64,000 nt of DNA from Geosiphon pyriformis uo1 (taxonomy: Eukaryota > Fungi > Glomeromycota): positions 186,001 through 250,000 of the forward strand of contig JAAOMT010000420.1 of assembly GCA_016748015.1 (NCBI GenBank). The letters run 5' to 3'. This document shows, in pieces, positions 1 through 11,564 of this stretch; position 1 is the stretch's first letter; each line of letters opens with the position of its first letter. The position numbers were made by a program, and so were the translations under genes. Under the pieces are notes generated by a model. It was not told where the DNA came from. It was given only the letters and a program-made list of their open reading frames with translations, and did no database searches.

Positions 1-925
1 ACAGATACATAGCAGTAGTTATGGACTATTTCACTAAATGGCCAGAGGCAAAAGCAATTCAAAGAGCAGATGCAGAATCTATTGCCAAATTCGTTCATCA
101 GGATTTGATTTGTCGACATAGATGTCCAAAAGAATTATTATCAGACCAAGGAACTCATTTTGTGAACAGAACATTAATAGAATTGAGCCAAAGATTCGGA
201 ATTAAGAGACCATTATCATCACATATCATCCACAAACCAACGAATTAATTAAAAGATTCAACAGAACATTGTGCGAAGCAATAGCTAAGCTCAGCCAAGA
301 AAACCAGAATGATTGAGATTTGTTCATACCATCAGTACTACTTGCTTATTGGACAATGAAACAAGATACTACACAAACAACACCATTTGAATTAGTGTAT
401 AGAAGAACAGCAATGTTACCAGTAGAAAGAGAAATTAATACATATTCAGCTGAACCAATAACAGAAGAGAATTTTCAAGAAACATTGCTGAGAAGAACAT
501 ATGACTTAATGGAAACATTGGAAAACAAACAAAGAAGAGCAGCTGATAATATTCAAAAGTCACAAAAAAAACAGAAAGAAAGACATGATAATCAACTACC
601 AGACAAACCAGTTGAATTCAAGATTGGAGACAAAGTACTCTTACATTATACCAAAGTGGAAAAACAATGGAATGGAAAATTTGACCCCAAATGGGATAGA
701 CCATTTCACATAGAAGAAATTCTAAGAAATGGAGCTTACAAATTAAGACTGGATAACAAAATCTTAACCAAAGCAGTACATGGAGATTGACTGAAACCAT
801 ACTACAATACCACACCACCCTCCACCAGTAATATTCCACAATTAAGAGTACAGAGAATACTAGTCCAACCAGATGAAATTCCACAAGATCTGGAACCAAT
901 TATTATTATTGACAACAACATGTAA
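1..925 (+). pseudogene. Gypsy family C integrase, C-terminal part (catalytic core plus GPY/F), degenerate
   Basis: ORFs 21-248 and 320-790 give DYFTKWPEAKAI, ICRHRCPKELLSDQGTHF, TPFELVY, FKIGDKVLL and KWDRPFHI..NGAYKL. Broken by nonsense transitions and a frameshift. Confidence 0.9.
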
Positions 926-985
926 AAGTGATCCATCAAAAGAATATATAAAGATATGGTTGATGCGACAAAAGATACCAGAAAA

Positions 986-1615
986 ATGGAGATTACCGAC
1001 AACATCCATTCATTAGCACAACAAATTTTTCAATTAATCCAATACCAGGAGATGGAAATTACAATCAATTAACAAACCATTTGATACAAAAGTACTACAA
1101 GGAGATCACAACACAAAGCACAGAGAAAACTCAAAAATGTTGTTAACAGGATTATAATCAAGGTAAAATTGGCCATAAAAGAACAACAAATAGTCGGATT
1201 ACACCAAGAACTTACCAAAGAAACTTGGACTTGGTGAATGCAACAATTTCTGAAAAACTATTGCCATTTCCACTTGGGACAACATGTAAATATCCAAAAT
1301 TTGTACACCAATAAAACAAAATGGTTATTTGATACAACAATACTGAGACAACTAGAACAATTTGTGGGAAAGAACAATCTAACCACACAAGCTCGAGCCA
1401 TTTATTAGCTATACATGGGATTTTAAGACCAACCAGAAATCTTACTCAACACAGCAATAGATACACTTACGAGTAATCAATTGGGAAAAATGACCAATGC
1501 CCAATTTGAAGAACTACAAATTCAAATAACACAAGTAATACTCAAAAAAGAAGTTCAAAAAATAATTTAAGAGGAAGAATTAAAGGAATTAGATTTTGAC
1601 AGAGCTCAATATTAA
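986..1615 (+). pseudogene. Family C accessory ORF3 (about 210 aa, unknown function) between integrase and PPT
   Basis: Manual translation: MEITDNIHSLAQQIFQL...VKLAIKEQ...YCHFHLGQ...ARAIY*LY...LGKMTNAQF...LDFDRAQY*. Internal stops are all TAA/TAG/TGA, revertible to CAA/CAG/CGA. Aligns with family A ORF3. Confidence 0.75.
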
Positions 1616-1706
1616 AAAGAGGGAATAATGTTACTTATAGAATATAGGAAGTATAGTATTATTAGTCAGTAGATATTAGCCAATTAGAAGTAGACACAGT
1701 AAATAT

Positions 1707-1860
1707 GGAATTCCAAGATTCCTTTCAGAAAAATTGCAGAATTCCAGGAATTTCAGGATTCTCTGGCAAGGAATCACAGGATTCCAGAATTGCAGGATTC
1801 CTCTCATCAGGAATTGCAGGATTCCAGAAATTCCAGGATTTCTGTCACAAGGAATTGAAT
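1707..1860 (+). repeat. Tandem degenerate GAATT(G)CAGGATTCC array in family C LTR U3
   Basis: Many visible copies of caggattcc / gaattgcag. Explains the spurious ORFs at 1705-1934. Confidence 0.8.
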
Positions 1861-2082
1861 CTCAAATATGTATATATAATAGTAGTGTTAGAAGTAGAAA
1901 AGACAGAATTGATACAACAGAATTCTTAGCCTAGAAACACAATCATCTAATAAATAATTATTCCATATTACCAAACCTCTTTTCATTATCAACATCTCAT
2001 GTTGATAATCATCCATACTTAATCCCACTGGAACAATAGCTCTTGATCACAGCTATTGATGGAATACTAATCTATCAATCAC

Positions 2083-3075
2083 TGTTACCAAAGGTTTTTG
2101 GTCTCTTTTCTTGAATGTTGTTGATATTGATTTGCTGTAAATTCACGTTTTCAGAAAGTAGTTGAACCTCCAGTAACTGAATTTATCTTTAAATTATCTT
2201 CTATAATTTGAACTGCTGGGCTTATAAGTAGAATGGCCAATTCCTTGCCAGTTACTTTATGTAGTTACGTTATAGTAAACGTCAACTCTTTCCCAAGAAT
2301 TGCTCATCTGGAAGCTTATTAAAAATGTGTAGTTACTTTGCTGTGAAAGTCAACTCTTCTACAGGAATCTCGTCTGTAGGCTACCCTAATGATTATAATA
2401 ATAAAAGAAAAGAAAATAAAAGAAAAAGAAAGAAAAAGAAGAAATAAGAAATTGATTTGTTAAAATTGTTTTGGATCCAGGCCTGGAAGTGCTTTAACAG
2501 TCTACTGAAATTGGTAGCTAATCAATTTCAAACTGTTAGTTGGGTTTTGAGGATTTTCCAAGTGCAATAATTTAAAGAATTTGGTTTTTCAAATTATTTG
2601 ATATTTATTTTTTTTTGTGTATGTAGGAATGGTTTTAAGTGATAAATCTAAAGTAAAATACATTTCCTTGAAGAGAGAAGCTCTTCTTTTATACAACTTG
2701 TTGTAACACTATTCTATGAACTTGAACTTTGCTTTTTTTCTATAATTTTGCTAAACTGAAGATACATTTTGGCAAATTACAGGTTATTTCTGCGAACTAT
2801 TGGATATTTCAGTGAACTATCAATTATTTCGGCAAATTTCTACAAATTTTGGCAAACTTTTTGAATGTTACATAGTTCAGGGTATTGCATGATTGATCAT
2901 CGCAATTAGGTTACATTTGTGTTATGTACAAATTGTGTTATTAATTAAATGATAATTTCAGACATTTTGCTAATATACTAAGTGATAATTTGAAACGATA
3001 ATATATGTTAATTAATGATAGGAATTATAAAGATAATTTCATGCTAAATAATATCTCTAATTTCGTCTGGTAACA
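2083..3075 (-). repeat. A1 3' LTR
   Basis: Same length as, and near-identical to, 10473-11465; adjacent to the PPT on the minus strand. Confidence 0.95.
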
Positions 3076-3763
3076 TAACCTCTTCCTCAAGACTGAGCTC
3101 CATCGAAGTCCAAGTACTGTCTGTAATTTCCAGATAGTAATTTAAAATTATTGAAGAAATTTGGTCTGAAAATTGTTTAAATTTCAGTTCTGTGAGCTTT
3201 CCAATATATTGTATCTTCAAAGGTCGTAAAATTGGGTTTTGTAGGACATTTTTACAGGTGTGGAATAGGTTATAAAGTCTAAGAGCAGCTCTGAGCTTAT
3301 AGCAACTGTTTGTTGGTCCAGCTGTTGTCTTGAATTTGTTGTGGAGTTGTTTCTGAATAGCTTTTTTTGTGAGGTTTGCTGTTGTAAGTTCTAGTTTCCA
3401 TTCGTAGAGTATTTTTCCAATGTGGAAATATCTATAGATTGGAGGATATTCAGTATTTTTCTCATTGAGACACAGTTGAAGTCTTTGTTAAATTGTAGCA
3501 TTTGGTGGAATACTAATCAGAGTGAGCATTAGGTTTTCTCTTAAAGCAAGCTTTAAAAATTCTGGCAGGTGAATTCCAGAATAACTTCTTATGTTTTTTT
3601 TATATGAGTGATATTTTCGTGAATTTGGGGCTAATTTTGCAACTACTTCTGTTTGGGTATAATTAATGTGGTTTTTAGTAATAGTAATGGATAATTCGGG
3701 TATTGTTTTTAAAGCTAACATTAGTTTTTGGGATAATTGTTGAATGTTTTAAGGAATAGTCAT
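3044..3763 (-). pseudogene. A1 accessory ORF3 (239 aa reconstructed), reading through the PPT into the 3' LTR
   Basis: ATG at 3763; MTIP(Q)NIQQLSQKLMLALKTIPEL...YRYFHIGKIL...KLRAALRLYNLF...IGKLTELKF...SMELSLEEEVMLPDEIRDII, stop TAG at 3046-3044. 720 nt, same length as in A2. Confidence 0.8.
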
Positions 3764-3863
3764 TATAAGAGAATAAAAGAAAATTATTTTTGGTGTATGG
3801 GTTTTTATATTATTTTTGTTTTAATTATTTCTAAATTATAAGGGAATAACTAATAAAATTAAA

Positions 3864-5239
3864 TTAAGTGTTCAGGTTGGAAAGTTGTTCAATGACAACT
3901 ATTGGTTCTAAGTTTCGGGGAATATCTTTGAGATTGACTAAAGAGGAATGTATACCAATTTGTGGAATTAATGGTTCAGGATTGTTTCTAGAATGATAGT
4001 GTTTTAAATGATCTCCATTTGCTAGAATTTTGTCATCAAGTCTTAGTTTGTATGATCTATTGCCTAGGACTTCATGAATAAAGAATGGTTCATCCCATTT
4101 ATTTTCAAATTTCTCATTCCATTGTTTTTCAGCTTTAGTTCTGTGTAAGAGAACTTTGTTTCCGATTTTAAATTTATTAGTGACTGGAGGCAATTTGTCA
4201 TCATGCCGTTTTTTTTGTCGAGCTTGGGAGTGTTCAATATAGGTGGCTACTATTCGTCGTTTTTCTTCTAACGTGCTAAGCAGAGTATAGGCTCTTCATT
4301 GAAGTGTTTCCTGGAAATTGTTTTTATTGATTGGTTGTGCTGAGTATGTTTCCATTGTGAACTTAATTGGTAGTGTTGCTGTCCTTCTGTAAGTTAAATC
4401 AAATAGTATGTGTTTTGTGGTATCTTGTTTTAGTGTTCTATATGTTAGTAACACTGATGAAATAAAGATATCCTATTCTTGCTCAAAATCAGTTAAGACT
4501 TTGGCTAATGACTCACACAATGTTCTGTTAAAACGTTTCACAAGTCCATTTGTTTGTGGATAGTAGGGCGAAGACAGAGATCTTTTGACATTGAATTGTT
4601 TGCAAATTTCTTGTATTAGGTTGTTCACAAAATGTGTCCCCTAATCAGATAAAAGTTCAATTGGACATCTATGTCTACAAATGATGTCTTCGTAGATAAA
4701 ATTTGCTACTGATTTCACATTTGCTCGTTGAATGGCTCTGGCTTTGGGCCATTTAATAAGATAGTCTACAGCTACTGCAATATAACGGTTTTCTTGAATG
4801 GTGATAGATAATGGTCTGACTAAATTGATACCAACTCGATTAAATGGTTGTCCAACTTTGATTGAATTTAATAGTTCAGTAGGGCATGTTCCTTTTCTTC
4901 TTTGACAACTATCACAAGATTTGACATATTCATAAATGTCTTTTCTCATTCGAGGCCAAAAGTAGTATTCTAGTGTTTTTTGGGTGGTGCTATCTTTTCC
5001 GAAGTGTGCTGATGAAGGATCTGAGTGCATGTTGTATAATATGTTTCTTTTTCCTGTTCTTGTATTAATCTGAGTGGTTTGTCTGGGTTTTTGAAATTTT
5101 GATGATAAATAATGTTGTTGTATAGAAAATATTGTTTGGCTTGTTGTTGTAGTCAATGTTTTTCATCTGGAGACCAATCTGTTGGGATTGTTAATGTTTC
5201 CAAATATTTTTTGAGATTGTTGTAGTTTTCTGAATTCAT
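3864..5239 (-). pseudogene. A1 integrase ORF (HHCC zinc finger, DDE core, GPY/F), own ATG
   Basis: MNSENYNNLKKYL start at 5239; HSDPSSAHFGKDST..YYFWP..VKSCDSCQR; VDYLIKWP; ELLSD; KWDEPF. Confidence 0.9.
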
Positions 5240-5288
5240 TGTTTGTTGGCTCTTTTGGTTGGTTAAGTTGAGTGTTGGTTTTTGTTTT

Positions 5289-8200
5289 CTAATCTTGTCT
5301 TATTCTGGAGAGACAGTCAACATTGGTGTGAAGTTTTTCTGGTTTGTAATGTACTATGTATTGATAGTTTGCTAGAAATCCTGTCCATCGGATTTGTTTT
5401 GCATTCAGCTGAGTATTTTTGTTCTGAAGCCATTTGAGTCCAATATTATCAGTGATAATATCAAATTCTTTAGGCCTGAGATAAAGGTTGAAGTGGTGTA
5501 GGGCCCAAATTATGGCTGCTGTTTCTAGTTCTGTGGCAGGGTAGTTTTTTTCAGCTGGTTTTAATGTTCTGCTAGCATAAGCAATTACTTGCTCATTTCC
5601 ATTGTCATTTAGTTGTGATAAGATGGCACCAAAAGCAGTATGTGAAGCATCTGTAGCTAATCAAAATCGGTTGCTAAAATCCAGGTAGGCGAGGATTGGA
5701 GCTGTTGTCAGTTTTTTCTTGAGAATTTCAAAAGCTTTTTGGTGTTCAGTAGTCTATTTGTATTCAACGTTTTTGGTGGTGAGCTGATTAAGGGGTTTTG
5801 CAATTTCCGAGAATTTTTTGATAAACTTCCAATAGTAAAATGCTAATCCTATGAATCCTCTTAGTTCTGTAGTATTTTGTGGAACTTTGAAGTTCTTAAC
5901 AGCACTGATTTTTCCTGGATCTGGTTTGACTCCTTTTTCACTAACTATGTGACCAAGAAAGGCCAAACTTGTTTTTCCAAAATGGCATTTCTCAATGTTT
6001 AGTTTTAATCCTGCTCTATGTAATTGTTGAAAAACTTCTCACAAGTGAATTAAATGAAGTTTGAAAGATGGGGAATAAACATCAGTGTCATCAAGATAGA
6101 CAACTACTAATTTCCAAAGGAGTCCAGCATATACAACATCCATGAGTTTTTAGAATATTGCTGGCGCATTGCATAATCCAAAGGGCATTACATTGAATTC
6201 GTAGTTTCCTCCTTGTGTTGTAAATGCTGTTTTGGGGCGGTCCTTGGGATTCATGGCAACTTGCCAGTATCCGCTTTTTAGGTTTAATGTTGAAAAGTAT
6301 TTAGATTTTCCAAGGGCATCTAACATGTCATTGATTCATGGAAGAGGATAAGCATCCCCAATGGTGACACTGTTGAGTTGTCGATAATCAACACAAAATC
6401 GTATCTTTCCATTCTTCTTTTTAACTAGGACCACCAGTAAGGCCCATGGACTCATTGATAGTTGGATAAGCCCATTGTTAAGCATCTGTTGTACTTCTTC
6501 TCAGATAAATTGGTGGCTTTCTGGAGCAACTTGGTAGGCTTGTTGTTGTCTTGGTTTGGTATCTCCTGTATAGATTTGGTGTTGCACCAAATCGGTTCTT
6601 CCTAAGTCATTGTTGTTTTTGGCAAAGATATTGGCAAATCTGCAATTAGTTTTTTGAGCTGGTTTTGTTGTTGTGGTTCAAGTTGTCCCATGTTGATTCG
6701 AGATAGTTTTTTCATAACAATATGGTAGTTTTCGGAGCTGGAGTTTGGGTTGATTTTTGATAGTGAATGTCCAATAATTTCAGAAAAATCAGGAACTGTT
6801 TGGGGTAATTCTTGTTGAAAGATGTTACTGTGAATGATTCCAATTTCTAAGTTATTTAATAAAACTATGAGATAATTGTTGGGATTGTAAAAAGTAACTC
6901 GGACTTTCTTTGTTCCTTCTGGAATATAAATGTTTGGGATCGAGATATTATGTTTCAAGCAGATTTGTTTGTTTGATTCAAAAATTTGTTGTGTGGTTTT
7001 TGGCTTTTTACAAATGTAAATTTCAGGGTGTTCTCCAAAGGGTGAAATGGTAATTGGTTGTGGAAGTTGTAAAATCTGGTGAGATTCTTTCTGTTCATTG
7101 AGAGCTATGTTTACTGAAACTGTGAAATGTCCAGTTGAACCAAAACCTTGTATTCCTTTTTTGCTTTTTCCCAACTGTTCTCTTTGATTAACTAATTGTA
7201 AACCCGAAATGTTGATTAAGGGTAAATAGATAGCTTGAGCAATTTTTTCAGCATATCCAATTTTGAAAGGTTTATCAGTTTCATTTTGTAACATGACTGT
7301 GATGTTTTCTGTGTATCCGGTTGGGTAGGTGTGACTTGCGATTTGATGGTAGACTTCTACTTCGTCTTCATAATCAAATCCAGCTAATTCTATAGTGTAT
7401 TCAATGTTTTTTGCTTCCTTCATTTGGCGAACATCTTCTTTGGTAGCTCTATTAATTAATGCCATTGCTAGGTCGAAAATCATTTTGGCATCATGGGGGT
7501 AGTAATAAAGTTTGTTGAGAGCACTGTTGTATACTGCATTAAAGGGTGTTCCTCTTTTTACTTTTTCTGAAATTGATAAAGCATATTGGCAGGTCTGATT
7601 GCAGACTCTTCCTCTCATGGCTATATCAATCCAATTGCATTCTTCTGGTAGCATATCTTCACAAGTCAAACAAGGGGTGTTGTCCCATTTTCCACTTCTT
7701 TTTATTAGATGGCCCCATCATTCTTTGTGGCAAGCCTTGCAGTAATAACAAGTATGATTTTTATATTCTTCTTCAGGTAAAATGCAGGCTCCCATTGACG
7801 ATAGTTTCTTGTGGCAGTCCTTACATTTAAGGGGAATATAGGGGTATTGTTTCCTTGGTTTGGGTTTTGAGTAAGGTATATTTCATCCAGAGGTTTCGGG
7901 TTCAGAGTGCGGGATAAAATGTTCTTGTTCTGTTTCATTGGCCCAGTTGGACATTGATCCAAGAGCCATAAATGTTTCAATAAGGGGTTTTTCCTTTTCT
8001 GGTTCAAATTCAAAAGCTAGGGCTTTTTCAGAGCGTTTGTTGAATGTATCACAAGTGGCAAGTACCCGGACATGTTGTCCTTGATAGAAAATTGTTAACT
8101 CTTGTGTTTCCCAATTCAGATTAGCATTGGCTTTTTGGAGCTAATCATTTCTAATGAGAGCTTGGTACTGGGGTGCATCCATTACAAAAACCTTGACTAG

Positions 8201-10472
8201 AATGGTGATTCCATCAAGAGTAAATGGAAAATTGTCAATTTCTCTTACTAGAGTCTTTTTCATGCCATTAGCAATAACAATTACTGTTTGAGCTGGTCAG
8301 TCAACATTTCTCTTCAACTGTTGCATTAACTAATAAGTGATAATGCTTCCGGTGGATCCATTGTCTAGGATCAAGCAAATTGTCTTTTCTTCGACTTCTG
8401 CTTCAGTGTACATAGCCATGATTGCTTTTTGTTCATTGGCAGCTGCATTGCTAAGTAGAAATAATGATTCATTGGCTTCAAACTCGAAAGGAAAAATATC
8501 AGTGAGATTGGTGTTTTCAGCAATTTGGGCTGGTGGAATAGTGGTGTGATTATAAAAAGGGTTTTGTTGTTGTGCTGCAGCTCTACCTTCCGAGGGTGCA
8601 GTATGGTGAAACTCCTGTTCTTCTGGCATTGTTAAATAACTGGGTTGAGTGTGGTAGTGATTGGGTCTTGGTTGAGTGGAATTTTGGGGAACTAATTGGT
8701 TAGTCAAACTGATTCTATTGTTGTTTACTTGGTATCGGTTTTGTGGTGTGAGTTGATTTTGTGTAATCAGTCTTTGAACAGGTACTTGATAATGTTGTGT
8801 AGGTGGTTGCTGGTATTGCTGTTAGATTGGCTGTGAGACGGGCTGATAATAGTTATTTTGGTATTGAGGTCTTGGTGGATAGTAAGCTGGTGGTGGTGGT
8901 TGATAATAAGATTGCTGTGGTGAAGGATAATGTTGATTACTCCTATTTTGTTGGTCTCGTTGCAGCTTTCTGCAATCTCTTTTCCAATGGCCAGAGATTC
9001 CACAGTAATGACAATTCTGAAAGTAGTGCAAAGTTATTTTGATGTCGTCTTTGAGGTGGTTGATATCTTTGGGGTTGTTGTTGTTGTTGATTGGTGAAAT
9101 AGTTTTCAACATTCTTTGTGAGTTGGTCAATTTTTTTTTCCGCTGCTGAGCTGGTTTCTCCAATTGCCAAATTTACAAGTTTTGTGCAATTGGCCTCTTC
9201 CATGGCCATTTCGTATCTTTTCACATGCTGTATGGCAGAGTTTAAATCTTCTGGTGCATGTGGGCAAACCTTTTTAATTAGTTTATCTTTTAGACCAGTG
9301 ATAAATTGATTCAAGATTTGAGCATTGGAATAATAATTATTTGTTTCGAGTTGGCAAATTTGTCTGAGAAGTTTGTTGAATTTCCCAATATAAGTCATAA
9401 CAGATTCGGAGAGTTCTTGTTTGATATTTCAAAAATGATTGCGAAGAGTGATGGAGGTATTATTGTCAGCGAACTGTTCAAGGAAGGCTGCTTTGAAAGC
9501 ATTCCAATTATTGAATGGGGCGGCCAGGTTTTTAAATTATTCTTCTGCTGTTCTTTTGAGAAAGTAGAGAATAGTTCTTAACATTCTGGCAGCATTCCAT
9601 CCATTTGCATCTCCAGCTTTAATAACTTGGTCGAGCCATTCTTGGGGACTGGTCTCAATGTTTTCTCCATTAAATTCAGGGATTTTCGCGATGTATGTTG
9701 TCATTTCGTCTTCTTTGTTTTCACTGTCTATTGATTCTTCTTCAGATATTTCAGGTTCATTTTCTTCATTCACTGCTGTTTCAGAGTGTTCACTTTGATT
9801 TTCAGCTAGAAAGTCAAGGAGATTGGAACTAGTTTGAAGGGGTTCTTGTTGTCTGGTGGGACTTCTGAGTGATGTAAAATCTTCTGGTCTTGCAAATCGA
9901 TTCAAGGGTAAATTAGGTGTTTGTGCTTATGCAAGTGAAACTGGAAAAGGTGTAATAATAAGTGGAAGTTTTGAACTGGTTCCTTGTTCAGGTGTTTGTA
10001 AATGTTTGAATGATATTTTGGGAGTATTGGGTGTTGTGTAAACAGGTTGGTTATTTCTTTGTCTTTTGTTGCTACTGGTTTCAGGTTCAGATTCGAGTTC
10101 AAAGACAAATTGTGCATTTGCAGGATATTTTTCTTCACAGAATCGAATGATATTATAATTGAGTTCCTCAAAATAAGTAGTGCAAGCTTCAGCACTAATG
10201 TTTTCTAATTCAGTATTGGAATAGTGTAGTATGTTCTCAAGAAGATCTCTTTTAACTGTTGTAATGTTATAGTTTCCAAAAAGGTAGTTGTTGATTCGAT
10301 TTTTGATGTATTAAAAAAGTGTTTTCTTAAAAGCTATGATTCCGTCGCGTATTTCAAATCGTTGTTTGTAATGTGTGTAAATCGATTGATAGTACTCTAG
10401 AGTTGTGATGTCTAAGGCAGTCGCCACTTTGAATTTGTTGTTGCTGTGTTGTTTCTGTGAGAGAGCACCAAA
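5289..10472 (-). pseudogene. A1 Gag-PR-Cys-rich-(partly deleted dUTPase)-RT-RNase H polyprotein
   Basis: Gag IPEFNGE..SPQEWL; zinc knuckle CHYCGISGHWKRDC; protease LILDNGS; GFGSTG; RT VVVYLDD and FLGHIVS; RH ATDAS..HTNVDCLSRIRQD*. Confidence 0.9.
10455..10470 (-). promoter_or_regulatory. A1 primer-binding site TGGTGCTCTCTCACAG
   Basis: Starts TGG, 2 nt inside the 5' LTR. Equivalent sites in A2 (49028-49043) and A3 (53452-53467). Consensus is complementary to a tRNA ending ...CCGUGGGAGAGCACCA; the identity is uncertain (Thr-like acceptor stem). Confidence 0.8.
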
Positions 10473-11465
10473 TGTTACCGGAGGTTTTTGGTCTCTTTTC
10501 TTGAATGTTGTTGATGTTGATTTGCTGTAAATTCATGTTTTCAGGAAGTAGTTGAACCTCCAGTAACTGAATTTATTTTCAAATTATCTTCTATAATTTG
10601 AACTGCTGGGCTTATAAGTAGAATGGCCAATTTCTTGTCAGTTACTTTATGTAGTTATGTTGTAGTAAACATCAACTCTTTCTCAGGAATTGCTCATCTG
10701 GAAGCTCACTAAAGATGTGTAGTTACTTTGCTGTGAAAGTCAACTCTTCTACAGAAATCTCGTCTGTAGGCTACCCTAATGATTATGATAATAAAAGAAA
10801 AGAAAATAAAAGAAAAAGAAAGAAAAAGAAGAAATGAGAAATTGATTTGTTAAAGTTGTTTTGGATCCAGGCCTGGAAGTGCTTTAACAGTCTACTGAAA
10901 TTGGTAGCTAATCAATTTCAAACTGTTAGTTGGGTTTTGAGGATTTTCCAAGTGCAATAATTTAAAGAATTTGGTTTTTCAAATTATTTGATATTTATTT
11001 CTTTTTGTGTGTATAAGAATGATTCTAAGTGATAAATCTAAAGTAAGATACATTTCCTCAAAGAGAGAAGCTCTTCTTTTATACAACATGTTGTAACACT
11101 ATTCTATGAACTTGAACTTTGCTTTTTTTCTATAATTTTGCTAAACTGAAGATACATTTCGGTGAACTACAGGTTATTTCTGCAAACTATTGGATATTTT
11201 GGTGAACTATTAATTATTTCGGCGAATTTCTACAAATTTCGGCGAACTTTTTGAATGTTACATAGTTCAGGATATTGCATGATTGATCATTGCAATTAGG
11301 TTATATTTGTGTTATGTACAAATTGGGTTATTAATTAAATGATAATTTCGGACATTTTGCTAATATACTAAGTGATAATTTGAAACAATAATATATGTTA
11401 ATTAATGATAGGAATTATAAAGATAATTTCATGCTAAATAATATCTCTAATTTTATCTAGTAACA
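10473..11465 (-). repeat. A1 5' LTR
   Basis: Pair of 2083-3075; followed on the minus strand by the PBS. Confidence 0.95.
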
Positions 11466-11564
11466 TCACCTTGGCTTATTTCTTTATATTTCTTTATTTT
11501 CTTTATTCTCTGTGATTTTGTTATTGTGTATTAACCAATTGATTAAAAGTGCTGATTACTGACA

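Larger units (their letters stand above)
2083..11465 (-). mobile_element. Full-length Ty3/Gypsy LTR retrotransposon A1 (degenerate)
   Basis: Two 993-bp LTRs (2083-3075, 10473-11465) with TGTTAC...TAACA ends; 4-bp TSD TCAC (2079-2082 and 11466-11469); PBS 10455-10470; PPT 3079-3088; gag, PR, RT, RH and IN fragments on the minus strand. Confidence 0.95.
1629..11564 (+). mobile_element. Family C 3' LTR (1629-2082 + 11470-~11564), split by insertion of Gypsy A1
   Basis: PPT AAAAAGAGGGAA(TAA) directly before TGTTAC at 1629; repeat array, TATA-like and AATAAA motifs. Removing A1 and one TCAC copy joins the hairpin/TACTAAT block to a pyrimidine tract, as in family B LTRs. Ends TGACA at 11564 where LINE sequence begins. 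Confidence 0.65.

Noticed and set aside
1705-1934. Short repetitive ORFs, or a CRISPR-like array
   Set aside because: Degenerate tandem repeats inside an LTR; no unique spacers, no cas genes, eukaryotic context.
1991-1994. AACA as the end of the family C LTR
   Set aside because: It is one arm of an 11-bp hairpin, and LTR-type motifs continue to 2082 and past 11469.
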